64,000 nt of DNA from Eledone cirrhosa (Eukaryota). The notes under the pieces were generated by a model. The model was given only the letters and a program-made list of their open reading frames with translations. It searched no databases and was not told the origin of the DNA. The translations under genes were made by a program, and so were the position numbers. Shown in pieces: positions 49,414-63,379 of the stretch; the stretch's first letter is position 1; the number at the start of each line of letters is the position of its first letter. The stretch covers positions 25,234,001 through 25,298,000 of the forward strand of contig OZ024760.1 in assembly GCA_964016885.1 (NCBI GenBank), given 5' to 3'.

Positions 49414-49673
49414 ATCTATCTAGGGCGGGTAAAATTCCCGAGATCCATGGACGAGATCTCTCCAGCGTCCTCTGTCCCTCATTGTCGCTGCCATGTCCTG
49501 CGTCTCCAACAGACCAGTGTATGTCATTTAGGGCATCAACATATGTTAACATATATCTCCCTCTTCCAGTGTGTCCATGCAGGGACTCCCACAGGAACAC
49601 TGAGTGCAGTGTCAACTCTGGATGTCGGCGAGTATGTCCAGCTAACCTCAGTCTATTCTGTGTCACTTTGAAG

Positions 49674-49711
<38 letters not shown>

Positions 49712-50250
49712 TCAGTCTCCCTCTTCTAGTGTCTCCTTGTAGAGGGCCCCCATAGGATCACTGAGTGTAGTGTCAACTCTGGATGTCGGTGAGCATGTCC
49801 AGCTAACCAGTCTCCCTCTTCTAGTGTCTCCAAGTAGAGGGCTCCCATAGGAGCACAGAATGTAGTGTCAACTCTTGATGTCGGTGAGCATGTCCAGCTA
49901 ACCTCAGTCTCCCTCTTCTAGTGTCTCCAAGTAGAGGGCTTCCACGGGAGCACTGAATGTAGTGTCAACTCTGGATGTCGGTGAGCATGTCCAGCTAACC
50001 TCAGTCTCCCGCTTATAGTGTCTCCAAGTAGAGGGCTCCCATAGGAGCACTGAATGTAGTTTCAACTCTGGATGTCGGTGAGCATGTCCAGCTAACCTCA
50101 GTCTCCCGCTTATAGTGTCTCCAAGTAGAGGGCTTCCACGGGAGCACTGAGTCTAGTGTCAACTCTGAATGTCGGTGAGCATGTCCAGCTAACCTCACTC
50201 TCCTCTGTGTCACTTTAGGGGTTATTACTGGTATTAAATTCAAAATTCTA
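49414..50250 (-). pseudogene. RTE-like LINE 3' fragments, including a 97-bp x5 tandem amplification (49710-50192); related fragment at 5530-5686
   Basis: RLRLAGHTRRHPELTLHSVFLWESLHGHTGRGR..TYVDAL; [30 protein letters not shown]. Confidence 0.75.
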
Positions 50251-50429
50251 ACCAACATAAAACTAAAAAGCCCAGCTCAGCTAAGGGCACAAATAAATTG
50301 CTACGGCCATCACTGCTGGTGCCCCCTACCGCAGAGGGACCGGGGCAATTACCCCCCCTCCCCCTCCTTACCCACTACACCACAACCACCATCACTACAA
50401 AAATACCAGTAGTAGCATCAACAAAGGAC

Positions 50430-51965
50430 ATTAACACCAATAACAGCAGCAACAACAGCAACAATAACAAAAACATCAACCCTTACATCAACAACATCAA
50501 CAGCAACAACAACAACAACAATAACAGCCATAGCGACAACAACAACTATTTTAAGAACATCGACAACAACAACAACAACGACAATATCATCATCATCTAC
50601 CACAACAACAACAACAAGCACAGCTACAACAATTATAACACCTCCGTTCAAAATAACAACACCTACATTATCAACAACAACAACAAAAACACCTATATCA
50701 TCATCATCAACAACAACAGTAACACCTATATCATCATCATCAACAACAACAGTAACACCTTTATCATCATCATCAACAACAACAATAACACCTATATCAT
50801 CATCATCATCAACAACAACAATAACACCTATATCATCATCATCAACAACAACAGTAACACCTATATCATCACCATCAACAACAACACGTATATTAACAAA
50901 AACAACAATAACATTATCATGAACACCAACAACAACAACAACAACAACAACCACACCTACATTATTTCTCTTTGGTAATATCGGTAGAGGGTCGGGCGCC
51001 ATGCTTTGACGCATAGAGTTACCGCCCTTGCCATTCTGAGTTAACATCCCGCCGAGGTTAACTTTGCCTTTCATCCTTACGGGGTCGATAAAATAAAGTA
51101 CCAGTAATACACTGGGATAATTGCTGGCCTTGTGCCAAAAGTAGAAAGAATTATTATCAACATCATCAGCATCAAAGCTAACAACAGCAATGTCAACATC
51201 AACAACAACACTAAAATCAACACCTACATTATTATCAACAACAACAACAAAACATCAACAACAACAACAACATCAACACCTCCATTATCAACAACAACAA
51301 CAACAACAACAACAGTAACAGCAACATCATCAACAACATCAACAACAACAACAACAGTAACAGCAACAACAACAACAGTAACAGCAACAACAACAACAGT
51401 AACAGCAGCAACAACAACAGCAACAGCAACAGCAACAACAACAACAGTAACAGCAACATCATCAACAACATCAAAACCAACACCTCCATTATCATCAACA
51501 ACAACAACAGTAACAGCAACAACAACAACAGTAACAGCAACAACAACAACAGCAACAGCAACAGCAACAACAACAACAGTAACAGCAACATCATCAACAA
51601 CATCAAAACCAACACCTCCATTATCATCAACAACAACAACAACAGTAACAGCAACAACAACAACAACAATAACAGCAACAACAACAACAGCAACAGCAAC
51701 AACAACAACAGTAACAGCAACAACATCAAAACCAACACCTCCATCAACAACAACAACAACAGCAACAGCAACAACAACAACAGCAACAACAACAACAACA
51801 ACAACAGCAACAACAACAGCAACAGCAACAGCAACAGTAACAGCAACAACATCAAAACCAACACCTCCATCAACAACAACAACAACAACAACAACAGTAA
51901 CAGCAACATCATCAACAACATCAAAACCAACACCTCCATTATCAACAACAACAACAACAGCAACA
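50430..51965. repeat. (CAA/CAG/CAT)n tract with higher-order units
   Basis: Simple repeats. Confidence 0.9.
50972..51152 (+). mobile_element. SINE copy inside the (CAA)n tract
   Basis: Core match. Confidence 0.8.
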
Positions 51966-52171
51966 CTAGACACCATGAGAAAAAAATAATTTAAAAAAAA
52001 CATAAAAAATAAACATCGAAAACTAAAAAAATAAAACGAAACAAACAATACAAGTGAAAAGACGAAACTATAAAAATATAAGAAAATCGATTAAGACAAG
52101 AAAGCTGTAATATTAGTTCTACGCAGACGTTTAATTGAATAAAGAAAAGTAAAATAAAAATAATGATAATA

Positions 52172-52862
52172 ATAATTGTTTCTACTTTAGGCACAAGGCC
52201 AGCAACATTGTATTACTGGTACTTTATTTTATCGACCCCGTAAGGATGAAAAGCAAATAATAATTGTTTCTACTTTAGGCACAAGCCAGCAATTACTCAG
52301 TGTATTACTGGTACTTTATTTTATCGACCCTGTAAGGATGAAAAGCAAATAATAATTGTTTCTACTTTTGGCACAAGGCCAGCAAATACCCAGTGCATTA
52401 CTGGTACTTTATTTTATCGACCCCGTAAGGATGAAAGGCAAAGTTAACCTCGGCGGGATTAGAACTCAGATCATAAAGGGCCGTAACTCTATGCGTCAAA
52501 GCATGGCGTCCGACCCTCTACTGATACTGCCTAATAATAATTGTTTCTACTTTTGGCACAAGGCCAGCAATAACCCAGTGCATTACTGGTACTTTATTTT
52601 ATCGACCCCGTAAGGACGAAAGGCAAAGTTAACCTCGGCGGGATTTGAACTCAGAATGGGAAGGGAAGTAACTCTATGCGTCAAATCATGGCGTCCGACC
52701 CTCTACCGATACTGCCAATCCACCGCCCTTGTAATAATAATAATGGTTTCAGATATAGGCACAAGGCCAGCAATTTGGAGGAAAGGAGACAGTCGATTAA
52801 AATGACCCTAGTGTATTACTGGTACGTTATTTTATTGACCCAGTAAGGAAGAAAGGCAAAGC
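52172..52862 (-). mobile_element. Head-to-tail run of five full or partial SINE copies
   Basis: Repeated ttgtttctactttaggcacaaggccagcaa..tttatcgacccc; older diverged copies at ~56680-56810 and ~62040-62140. Confidence 0.8.
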
Positions 52863-52914
52863 TTAATTTATATTATAAGAGTGTTGTCCGTCCGTCCGTA
52901 TATATATCATATAC

Positions 52915-54330
52915 ATGTATATAATATACATGTTTGGTGTATTTAATATACATGTTTAGTGTGTATAATATACATGTTTGGTGTATATAATATACATGTT
53001 TGGTGTATTTAATATACATGTTTAGTGTGTATAATATACATGTTTGGTGTATATAGTATATATGTTTGGTGTATATAATATATATGTTTGGTGTATATAA
53101 TATACATGTTTGGTGTATATAATATATATGTTTGGTGTGTATAATATATATCTTTGGTGTATATATAATATACATGTTTGGTGTATATAATATACATGTT
53201 TAGTGTATATAATATAAATGTTTGGTGTATATAATATACATGTTTAGTGTATATAATATACATGTTTGGTGTATATAATATACATGTTTGGTGTATATAA
53301 TATACATGTTTGGTGTATATAATATACATGCTTGGTGTATATAATATGCATGTTTAGTGTGTATATTATACATGTTTGGTGTACATAGTATATATGTTTA
53401 GTGTATATAATATAAATGTTGGTGTATTTAATATATATGTTTGGTGTATATAGTATACATGTTTGGTGTATATAATATACATGTTTAGTGTATATAATAT
53501 ACATGTTTGGTGTATATAATATACATGTTTAGTGTATATAATATACATGGTTGGTGTATATAATATACATGGTTGGTGTATATAATATATATGTTTGCTG
53601 TATATAATATATATGTTTGGTGTATATAATATACATGTTTGGTGTATATAATATACATGTTTGGTGTATATAATATATATGTTTGGTGTATATAATATAC
53701 ATGTTTAGTGTATATAATATACATGTTTGGTGTATATAATATACATGTTTAGTGTATATAATATAAATGTTTGATGTATATAATATATATGTTTGGTTTA
53801 TATAATATATATGTTTGGTGTATATAATATACATGTTTGGTGTATATAATATATATGTTTGGTGTATATAATATACATGTTTGGTGTATATAATATACAT
53901 GTTTGGTGTATATATAGTATACATGATTGGTGTATATATAGCATTCATGATTGGTGTATATACAGCATTCATGATCGGTGTATGTATATAGTATTCATGA
54001 TTGGTATATATATAATATATATGTTAGGCTTATTTAGTATAGATGTTGGGTATATATAGTATATATTTTAGGTATATATAGCAAAAATGATGGGTATATA
54101 TAGTATATATTTTAAGTATGCATATTGTATGCATGTGAAGTATATATAGTATATCTGTTAGGTATATATAGTATATATGTTAGGTGTATATATAATATTC
54201 ATGTTGAGTATATATAGTATATATGTTAGGTATATTATAGTGTACAGGTTGAGTATATATATACTATACATGTTCGGTGTATACATAGTATATAGGTTAA
54301 GTTTATATAGTATATATGTTCGGTATATAT
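52915..54330. repeat. 22-bp minisatellite (tttggtgtatataatatacatg), decaying after ~53900
   Basis: Direct tandem periodicity. Confidence 0.95.
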
Positions 54331-54334
54331 AATA

Positions 54335-55287
54335 TACGAAGTTGCTTAAAAAGTTTGTGGAAAAGGAACAGTTGTAAAAACGGTTTAAGTTATGATGTTT
54401 ATTTTTCAACATATGCTCCAGCTTGGTCAATACGCTTCTGGAAGTGTTAATAGCAGCCTTTAAGTCCATCTGTGTAAAACTGAGGACCATGTGATTTAAA
54501 CCATGTCAAAGAAGTGTTAATAGCAGCATTTAAGTCCATCTGTGTAAAACTGAGGGCCATGCGATTTAAGCTGAGGACCATGCAATTAAAACTGAGGACC
54601 ATGTGATTTAAACCAGTCAAACAAGTGTTGATACCAGACTTTAAGTCCATCTGTGTAAAACTGAGGGCCATGCGATTTAAGCTGAGCACCATGCGATTTA
54701 AACTGAGGACCATGGGATTTAAACCATGTGAAAGAAGTGTTGATACCAGCCTTTAAGTCCATCTGTGTAAAACTGAGGGCCATGCGATTTAAGCTGAGGA
54801 CCATGCGATTTAAACTGAGGACCATGGGATTTAAACCATGTCAAAGAAGTGTTGATACCAGCCTTTAAGTACATCTGTGTAAAACTGAGGCAATGTGATT
54901 TAAACCACGTCAAAGCAGATTTTGTTTACGTCTTCAACTGGGGATCATCTTCAAACTCATCTCTTCCACTTCTAAAACGACTTATCCATTTGTAGGTTGA
55001 TGATTTCATTGGGGCATTGTCCCCATAAACTTGCCCCATAGTGTCAATGGTTTGGCTGCTCTTCCACCCTAGCTTTACCATGAATTTGATGTTGTAATGG
55101 AGGCCCTGTTGCTTGAGTGGGTGCTGATTTTGGACTGGCGGCAGCATGATGCAACATGTATTTAAGGGTTCATGTTAGAACGTTAAGACACGTTAGTACG
55201 AGATCGTACAGCTGCATTGAGATCAAAATCCCTACATATAATTTTTGGCTATGTACTTTTTCCACGAAACTTTGAAGCTCCTTATAT
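54335..55287 (-). mobile_element. Internally deleted mariner (Hsmar2/irritans-like TIRs) containing a minisatellite (54440-54915)
   Basis: Degenerate TIRs tacgaagttgcttaaaaagtttgtggaaaa / ttttccacgaaactttgaagctcctta; 54926-55110 encodes NIKFMVKLGWK..VYGDNAP.KS..YKWISRFRSGRDEFEDDP (mariner HTH). Confidence 0.8.
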
Positions 55288-56032
55288 AATCAGATATTGT
55301 ATATATGATTATATTTATTGTATTGATTATATATATTGTATATATGATTATATATATAGTATACATATTATGCATGTTGGGTATATAATCATAGAATACA
55401 ATCAGACATTCAGTCCTTCTGTTGTCGACAGCTGAATATCTAAGGTTAATTAAACAGCCACACAGATTCACAAAGGTTTTGACCATGGGTGGTGTGTCCC
55501 CTCTCTCCAACTGACGTGGCCGGGACTACAGGCTCAAGCTGAGAGTTGTCACATTCACTCCTACCATTTTCGCTACTTTCACACACCTTTTGTAAAATGT
55601 ACTGACAGTGAGCACCACCCGCACTACCGCCAGCTTCCTTTCCAAGTGGAGCTTCAAAACGTCTAATAATCAACACGAAATAAATAATTATCTAAAAAAT
55701 GATTGCTAAAAAAATATGTCGCCTATATATATTTTTTTCTCTTGTTGTGTGCATCTGTCTAGTGAAGGGTGGTACTGGTGGTGTTGATGTGGGGGTGGAG
55801 CGAGAGTGGCAGTGGTTGCGTGGGTAAGGGTTGGTTTGGGTGAGGTAGGGTGTTCAATAAATTTGTTTCATCAATTTGTTTCTGTATATTTTGTGTAAAA
55901 AATATATTTTTATGGTTTGAGTAGTGGCGAGTTAGATCGGGTGATAGAGCGGTTGGTGAAGGGTGGGGGACAACATTATATTTTCTGGTTGTCTTTGATT
56001 TTAAACTCTTACAGTTAACAAGTTCTATGATA

Positions 56033-56067
<35 letters not shown>

Positions 56068-56149
56068 TATATATACAAACATATATATACATATAAATGC
56101 ATACACCTATATAAATGTACATATATACATTGTTTATGTGCGCGCACAA

Positions 56150-56254
<105 letters not shown>

Positions 56255-56832
56255 ACGTCACTTAAAAATATATTACCTATTGACAAGCAATAGAAAAGAC
56301 ACGGAAATACTAATGAATACAAAATATTAAAGAAAAAAAACGTCGAATTTCACAACAAATAATTTATTTTCTTTTTTTGTTTTTGTTGATGTTGTTAATG
56401 CTGTCGTGAAAGAGCGTAGTTTATTGGTTACGGTATTCGGTTCACAGTCAGGGTGTGAGTTCGATTTCCGTTGACGCCTTCTTTTCTTTAGTAAAAGAAG
56501 CACCATTTCATTTTATCATGTTCCAATATAGTCAGCTGGCAAAAATCATGTATACCTGTAATTCACAAGGGGGTGGTCTTGTTACACACTCTGCCATGCC
56601 GTAACTCTCGGAGAATTAAGTTATGGTTGTTTAAGTCTAAATTAAATGGCGAATTGACAGTCACTAGAACGCCGGCTAGAAGGCTTTGCAGTATTTGCCG
56701 TATGTGTTTCGGCTCTTTGCTTTCTAGCTTCAAATCTCGCCATGGTCAACTTTGCTTTCATCCATTCAAGGTTGATAAAATTGTACCGATTAAGTACTAG
56801 TGTCGATTATTCCTCTATATATATTTCTCAAT

Positions 56833-56906
<74 letters not shown>

Positions 56907-57094
56907 TCTTCGATGGAAGAAATCTGCTGTAGTCTTGCACCGCTACGACTCCATCGGAAGGTAATGGGACAATACCTACATACTTCCAAGTCCAGATCTG
57001 TCTCACGCCAGGAATCTCATCAGGTCGGTACGTATACCAGGTTTCGGTGGCGTTAAGCGTCTGAGAGTGCAAGACTCCTCATTCGATATGACGC

Positions 57095-57580
57095 GGTGGG
57101 TTCAACAGGGATCTTGGTCAGTAGAATGTCAAGATATCTCTTGAAAACATTTAAATGCACACCATGTAAATCTCCCAGGTTTTTTGGCAGCTTATTAAAA
57201 ATCTGGGGTTTCTTGAACCCCCAGGCTATTGCAGTATATGGTCCTTATTCTCGATGCGAAGGATGAGATTTTTGGCAGTATTCGGTGACGTCATGTTCGC
57301 GAGCTGGTCCTGCCTTCAACGTCGAAGTTTGATGCTAACCTTTCAGGATCTTCCATATGTATATCACTGCGGATCTCTCTCATCTCCGCTCAGGGGAGTA
57401 AGGCTTTAATTTCTTCAGCCTCTTCCAGTAGCTTATCTCTTTCATTGAGATAATCCTCTTGGTGTAACTTCGTCGGATTACTTTAAGTTCTGCAGTTAGT
57501 TTGACACTGTGGGGCGACCATAGCTGAGAGCAATAATCCAGTCGGCTTAGGACGAAAATCCTCCAGAGGACTAGCATGGT
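57095..57580 (-). pseudogene. CR1-group LINE 3' fragment
   Basis: MLVLWRIFVLSRLDYCSQLWSP..RSYTKRI..SYWKRLKKLKPYSPERR*ER..IYIWKI. Confidence 0.8.
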
Positions 57581-57850
57581 TTCCGAGACACTTGTCCGAG
57601 ACTCTTCTCCTCAGAATCCAAGATATGGAAGAGACAGCTTATCAGTGGTCGTGGTCGTTGTGGCCATTGGAGTAGCGTAACATCATATATATTTATATAC
57701 ATATATACATATAAAGTAAAAGAATGAAGAATAACATGGTTGGCAGCTGTACTAAAAAGGTTTATTTGCAGTATTAACAATTGTTTCATTAATCGGGTGA
57801 GTCTAAAAGCCGCTGATGGTTAGAAATAACATCACTCGACCTTAATTACA

Positions 57851-57911
<61 letters not shown>

Positions 57912-57915
<4 letters not shown>

Positions 57916-58067
57916 GGAGTAGGACACCGACGGCTGAGCTCAAGCCGTTTCGACGGCTAATTCTGGACGTCGGGGTCCTACTCGTTCATATTACACACTC
58001 TACTACCCTAAGTATTGAGTACTTTGGTGCGTTATGGTCCATCTGGTTCCTTACTACATTTCCTTCG

Positions 58068-58131
<64 letters not shown>

Positions 58132-58326
58132 CAAAGAAAGTGTGGTAAGATACCAGGTGGACCACAACGCACCAGAGTACTCGATACTTAGGGTGGTCGA
58201 GTGGGTTATAGAGAAGAGAGTCAGGACCTAGATCCGAACTAATATGGTAGCTTAGTTCGGATCTAGCTGTCGAAACGGCCGGGGCTCAGCCGTCGGGGAC
58301 CTGACTCTCCTCATTATATATATATA

Positions 58327-58357
<31 letters not shown>

Positions 58358-58405
58358 ATATATATATATAGATATATATATATATATAGATATATATATA
58401 GATAT

Positions 58406-58448
<43 letters not shown>

Positions 58449-58716
58449 TATATATATATATATATAGATATATATATAGATATAGATATATATATAGATA
58501 TAGATATATATATATATATATATATATAACGAAGGAAATGTGGTAAGGAACCAGGTGGACCATAACGCACCAAAGTACTCAATACTTGAGGTAGTAGAGT
58601 GGGTAATAGGTACCAGTAAGACCCCGACAGCTGAGCTCAAGCCGTTTCGACGGCTAATTCTGTCCAGAATTAGCCGTCGAAACGGCTTGAGCTCAGCTGT
58701 CGGGGTCTTACTGGTT

Positions 58717-58720
<4 letters not shown>
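57912..58720. mobile_element. Cluster of three hairpin mini-elements separated by (TA)n/(TAGA)n
   Basis: 57912-58069 (reverse orientation), 58129-58315, 58527-58720 (near-perfect hairpin 58607-58720 with a 2-nt loop). Confidence 0.8.
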
Positions 58721-58756
<36 letters not shown>

Positions 58757-58889
58757 TATAGATATATATATATCTATATCTATATATATAGATATAGATA
58801 GATATATATATATATATGTATATATAGATATATATATATATATATATATATATAGATATAGATATATATATATAGATATATATATATAT

Positions 58890-58944
<55 letters not shown>

Positions 58945-58953
58945 TATATATAT

Positions 58954-58997
<44 letters not shown>

Positions 58998-59294
58998 GCA
59001 AATCCAATGCCCACGTCGAGCATAGCAAACTGATAAGCTGTCTCTTCCATATTTTGTTAAGCATATTCAATTTACATAAACATGAATTAGACGAAAACGG
59101 ATACTTCTATTTCTTTCCATACATACTTACATACATATATATATGTAATATACACGCACACACGCACTCAACATTTTTCCATTTCTTTGAGTGTTCTAAA
59201 CCTAACGATCCGGCTCAAATTTCTTTAGTCAAGAATACGGCCTGAGCGTCTATTTTCTAATTTCAAACTAGCACGCTCTTTTAGAGCATACTTA

Positions 59295-59358
<64 letters not shown>

Positions 59359-59669
59359 TATATATAGTGTGGTAGAACACTGGAAGGTAATATCCGTAGT
59401 GGTAGAGCACTCAGTCCATGGGACGAGTTAGGTAGAAGTGGTTACACAACAGTTAGTTCACCAAAGCGAGAACAGTTGTTTCCCCTTAGCAGATCCTCAG
59501 TTCGTAATGGACATGGTTATACGGAACAGGAAGGAAAACCGTATGAACGCGCATGCGCATAAACGATCACTTCACACAGGCAATACTAAATTGCGTGCGA
59601 GAGGTGTAAGGGAGGTAACTGCGAAAGTCAGAAAGTTTCTAGTTGACGAGAAAATTAGGATGTTGTTGT

Positions 59670-60462
59670 AATTCAATCCTGAGCTTTGTAGTTAAGTAAG
59701 AAGTGTTTCCAGACCTGTGGACAACGTGTGAAGAATTCAATCCTCGTGTTTAGGCAATCACTATTGCGTAATCTCTTTAGAATATTTTTTCGTTCATCAA
59801 TACATTGTCCACACCACAGATTGCTCCTTGTGTATGGCTTGGACTTAGTGATGGCTTTCCATTGAATGGAGGAGTCTATACTTGAGTCCTTGGGGGATCA
59901 TACGTGGCTCGCGAGTTACGTGGATGAACGTCTGTCCGGGTACCTAAAGGTCGACTGGTGGTTCAGGAAGCGTTCCTTAAATCGGGCCTTCGCCATACCC
60001 ACATAGGATTTGACCTACTGTGGTTGATTTGGTCCGTTGTAAGTGACCACAGCTTCATATACTACAGCGCGTGTGCTGCATTGCTGTTGAAGGGGACAAG
60101 CTTCGGGCTTACAGCAAGAGCACCATGGTGGGTGTTGCTCTTAGGGTTGTTGGTGATGTGGGCCTTCATGTTCTTAGCGCAGGAGTATCCTAGTTTAACT
60201 TTGTGTCGGTTAAAGATGGAGCGGTATTTATGACCTATGGGAAAGTGTCTATCTAAGAGGGTTAGAAAATGTTTTCCTACATTGGTTTTAACGTGGAGTG
60301 AGAAGAGAAGAGAGAACCAGATAGTTTGTCTATTGTTACGCTTTCTTTTTTTATTGCTGTTGTTGTTAGTGGGAGAGTAAGTGATAGGTTGCGAGAAACC
60401 GCTGTTAGCAAACGCCGTGTTATAGTAGGGTGCCGCCCTGTCAAAGATAGCCTTATTAGAGG
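59670..60462 (-). pseudogene. Naiad-type PLE RT-thumb/linker/GIY-YIG relic (frameshift and stop)
   Basis: SSNKAIFDRAAPYY..IWFSLLFSLHVKTNVGKHFL..IFNRHKVKLGYSC, then in another frame CSCCKPEACPLQQQC..VVYEAVV..*VKSYVGMA..FKERFLNHQSTF. Confidence 0.85.
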
Positions 60463-60824
60463 AGGTCAAATCCTATGTGGGTATGGCGGAGGGCCGATTT
60501 AAGGAACGCTTCCTGAACCACCAGTCGACCTTTAGGTACCCGGACAGACGTTCATCCACGAAACACGCGAGCCACGTATGGTCCCTCAAGGACTCAAGTA
60601 TAGACTCCTCCATTCAATGGAAAGCCATCACTAAGTCCAAGCCATACGCAAGGAGCAATCCTTCCTGTGGACAATATATTGATGAACGAATAAATATTCT
60701 AAAGAGATTACGCAATAGTGATTGCCTAAACACGAGGATTGAATTCTTCACACGTTGTCCACACGTCTGGAAACACATCTTACATAACTACAACTCTCCG
60801 GATTCAACTACAGCAACATCCTAA
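60463..60824 (+). pseudogene. Inverted duplicate of the Naiad-type GIY-YIG C-terminus
   Basis: SYVGMAEGRFKERFLNHQSTF..HVWSLK..IQW..C..ERINIL..LNTRIEFFTRCPH. Confidence 0.85.
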
Positions 60825-61041
60825 TTTTCGTATCAACTAGAAATTTTCTGACTTTCGCAGTTATCTCCCTTACACCTCTCGCACGCAATTTAGTGTTACC
60901 TGTGTGAAGTGATCGTTTCTGCGCATGCGCGTTCGTATGGTTGTCCTTTCTGTTCCGTATAACCATGTCCATTACGAGCTGAGGAACCGCTAAGGTGAAA
61001 CAATTGTACAAGGTATGGTGAACTAACTGTTGTGTAACCAC

Positions 61042-61080
<39 letters not shown>

Positions 61081-61204
61081 ATACATTGAGTTTAGATGCA
61101 TCACTGATTTTTCGTTTTCTATTCTATCATTCTCTGCTCTGTAAGAGCATTGAGTGCTCAACCGGCATACCGCCTATGGAAGCATCTTAGCTACCATCAG
61201 ACAC

Positions 61205-61265
<61 letters not shown>

Positions 61266-61282
61266 CATGTTTATATATATAC

Positions 61283-61316
<34 letters not shown>

Positions 61317-62365
61317 ATGTTTGTTAGTGTGTCTGTGTGTGCGTGTGTATGCGTGTTGCATACACATGCTTAGATCAGAGATTGGCTTTTATTTTAAAAG
61401 ATAAACACTTTTCTACGAATATTAACAGTAGAAAAGAACTATATTTTCTAATTATTATTTTTTTGTGATTGTGGTGGAGGAGGGGTGTTCTTTCGTGTCT
61501 TTATTTTTCTTCTCTTTTTTAATTTCAAAATAATTGTGAAAATTTGCAATGTTTTTCTACCGAAATATATTCAAAATAAAGTTTCACTCTGTGTAGATCT
61601 CTTTGATAATATCACTTCTGAAAATATATTATATTTCTTTGTTCTTTTATGCAGTGAACGAACCGAACCAACTTTTTTTTCCATTTATTAGCCAATATTT
61701 GCACCTCATTAATATTTATATTGGTGAGAATTGGCAGAATTGTTAGAACGTTAGATAAAACATTTAACGATATTAGCTCCAGCTTTCTGCTTTCATAAGT
61801 GCAGATACGTGGCCATGGGGTAAGAGTGTTGGACCTACGATTCCTGATCTGGATTGTATATTGTGTTCTGGAAATGAAAAAAACAAAACATATCAATTCC
61901 CGGTTGCTCAAGTATTCTAAGCTGTAAATAGAGATGACAACCTGTAATATCTGGTGGTCTAGACATGTGATAGACTGGCGGGATAAGCACCTGTCTAACG
62001 AGCATTAAATGACTTAGGACAGACTTTAGACACAGACTTAGACATTCTGCTCTCTGGGTTCAAATTCTGCCGCGGTCAACTTTACCTTTCATCCATTTGA
62101 AGTCAATAAACATGTATTAGTCTACTACTTGGGTTGATGTAAAAAAGAGTGATACAGAAGGATACAAAAGCAGGTACTCCTCACAAGGCACTGATTCCGT
62201 TACTGCATTAGAGTTTGATGAACACAACCACAAGGATATGGTCCGAACGTGGAAGCGCCGAACTCCCACTGTCGTCGCTTCCATCTCTCTCACGCTCCCA
62301 ATCTCTCACATGTACACCAGAACTCCCACTGTCATGACCTCATCTCTCTCGCCCTCTCCATCTCT

Positions 62366-62608
62366 CTTTATGGTGAGCAAATAGGGTTCCATGTGCTGGC
62401 CTCGCCACAGGATGGAGAGGGCGTTTCCCCGGAGGATGGTAGAGGAGATGCGCTGGAAGAGCCATTCCAACTCGCGAGGCTAACACCTGCTGCTGGCCAG
62501 CTCAGCGCCTATGGCGGTGAGTAGGGAGGTAGCGCTAGGGCACAGGACACCATAAGTCTCCACTGCCAAGGGCACGACCACAAACCTGTCGGAGAGCGAC
62601 CTGTACTT
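62366..62608 (-). pseudogene. CRE-like non-LTR retrotransposon restriction-like endonuclease C-terminus (not in the ORF track)
   Basis: Manual translation KYRSLSDRFVVVPLAVETYGVLCPSA..IGAELA..*PRELEWLFQRISSTILRGNALSIL matches the KY..P.AVET.G..QR.S..RGNA motif. Confidence 0.75.
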
Positions 62609-62838
62609 GGGTCGATTATTTCGCTATATCCCTTTCCTCTTCCTTTCTCTTAGTCACTATATTATTCGGTAGTTTAGAAATGGCCTAGAAATGCCCCGAC
62701 GATTCTTTCGGGAAGTATTGATCCATGCATGCATAATATTGAAAGTAAAGGCGGTGAATTGACAGAATAGTTAAAACGTCATATAGAGTGTTTGCGATAG
62801 AGGCTACGGCTTCCTGCTCTAGCAGTTTATTCGGAATG

Positions 62839-62878
<40 letters not shown>

Positions 62879-62880
62879 AG

Positions 62881-62920
62881 CAAAATTCTTTCGTCACACA
62901 TCTGTGGCATCATCAGTGGT
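62881..62920 (-). ncRNA. Candidate HHR fragment related to the Neptune-type pLTR HHRs
   Basis: acca-CTGATGA-t-gccaca(gatg)tgtgac-GAAA-gaat-TT-tg; stem I and stem III weak. Confidence 0.45.
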
Positions 62921-63005
62921 ACTATTATATTTTCTCCCGTTGTATTTTAATGCCTATATATTTGCAAAACAAATATATATACACACACACACACGCGCGT
63001 ACATA

Positions 63006-63079
<74 letters not shown>

Positions 63080-63119
63080 CAGTTATGTACAAATATGCAA
63101 GTATAGATGTATTTTCGTG

Positions 63120-63185
<66 letters not shown>

Positions 63186-63379
63186 AATATATATATGTGG
63201 GGGGGGGGGCAATAGCAGCACCAACGTATGTAAGAATGCAATATGCATCTGTTCCTAGGTGACAGCAATAACATATGTACTAACACACTTTGCTTTCTAT
63301 ATAATGAAATATAGATATCTTATTTGGCATGACAAACGACAACAGCAGCAACAACAAGAATACAACCATCGCTGTATCC

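Larger units (their letters stand above)
59366..61046. mobile_element. 5'-truncated Penelope-like element (Naiad-type) with inverted second arm, inserted in (TA)n
   Basis: Inverted repeat 59433-60016/60463-61046, 67-nt tail 59366-59432; HHR in each arm (60975-61012 +, 59467-59504 -; consensus cgag-CTGAGGA-acc..ggt-GAAA-caattg-TH-ctcg). Confidence 0.85.

Noticed and set aside
50298-52048. Asn/Thr-rich ORFs
   Set aside because: (CAA)n-derived and interrupted by a SINE
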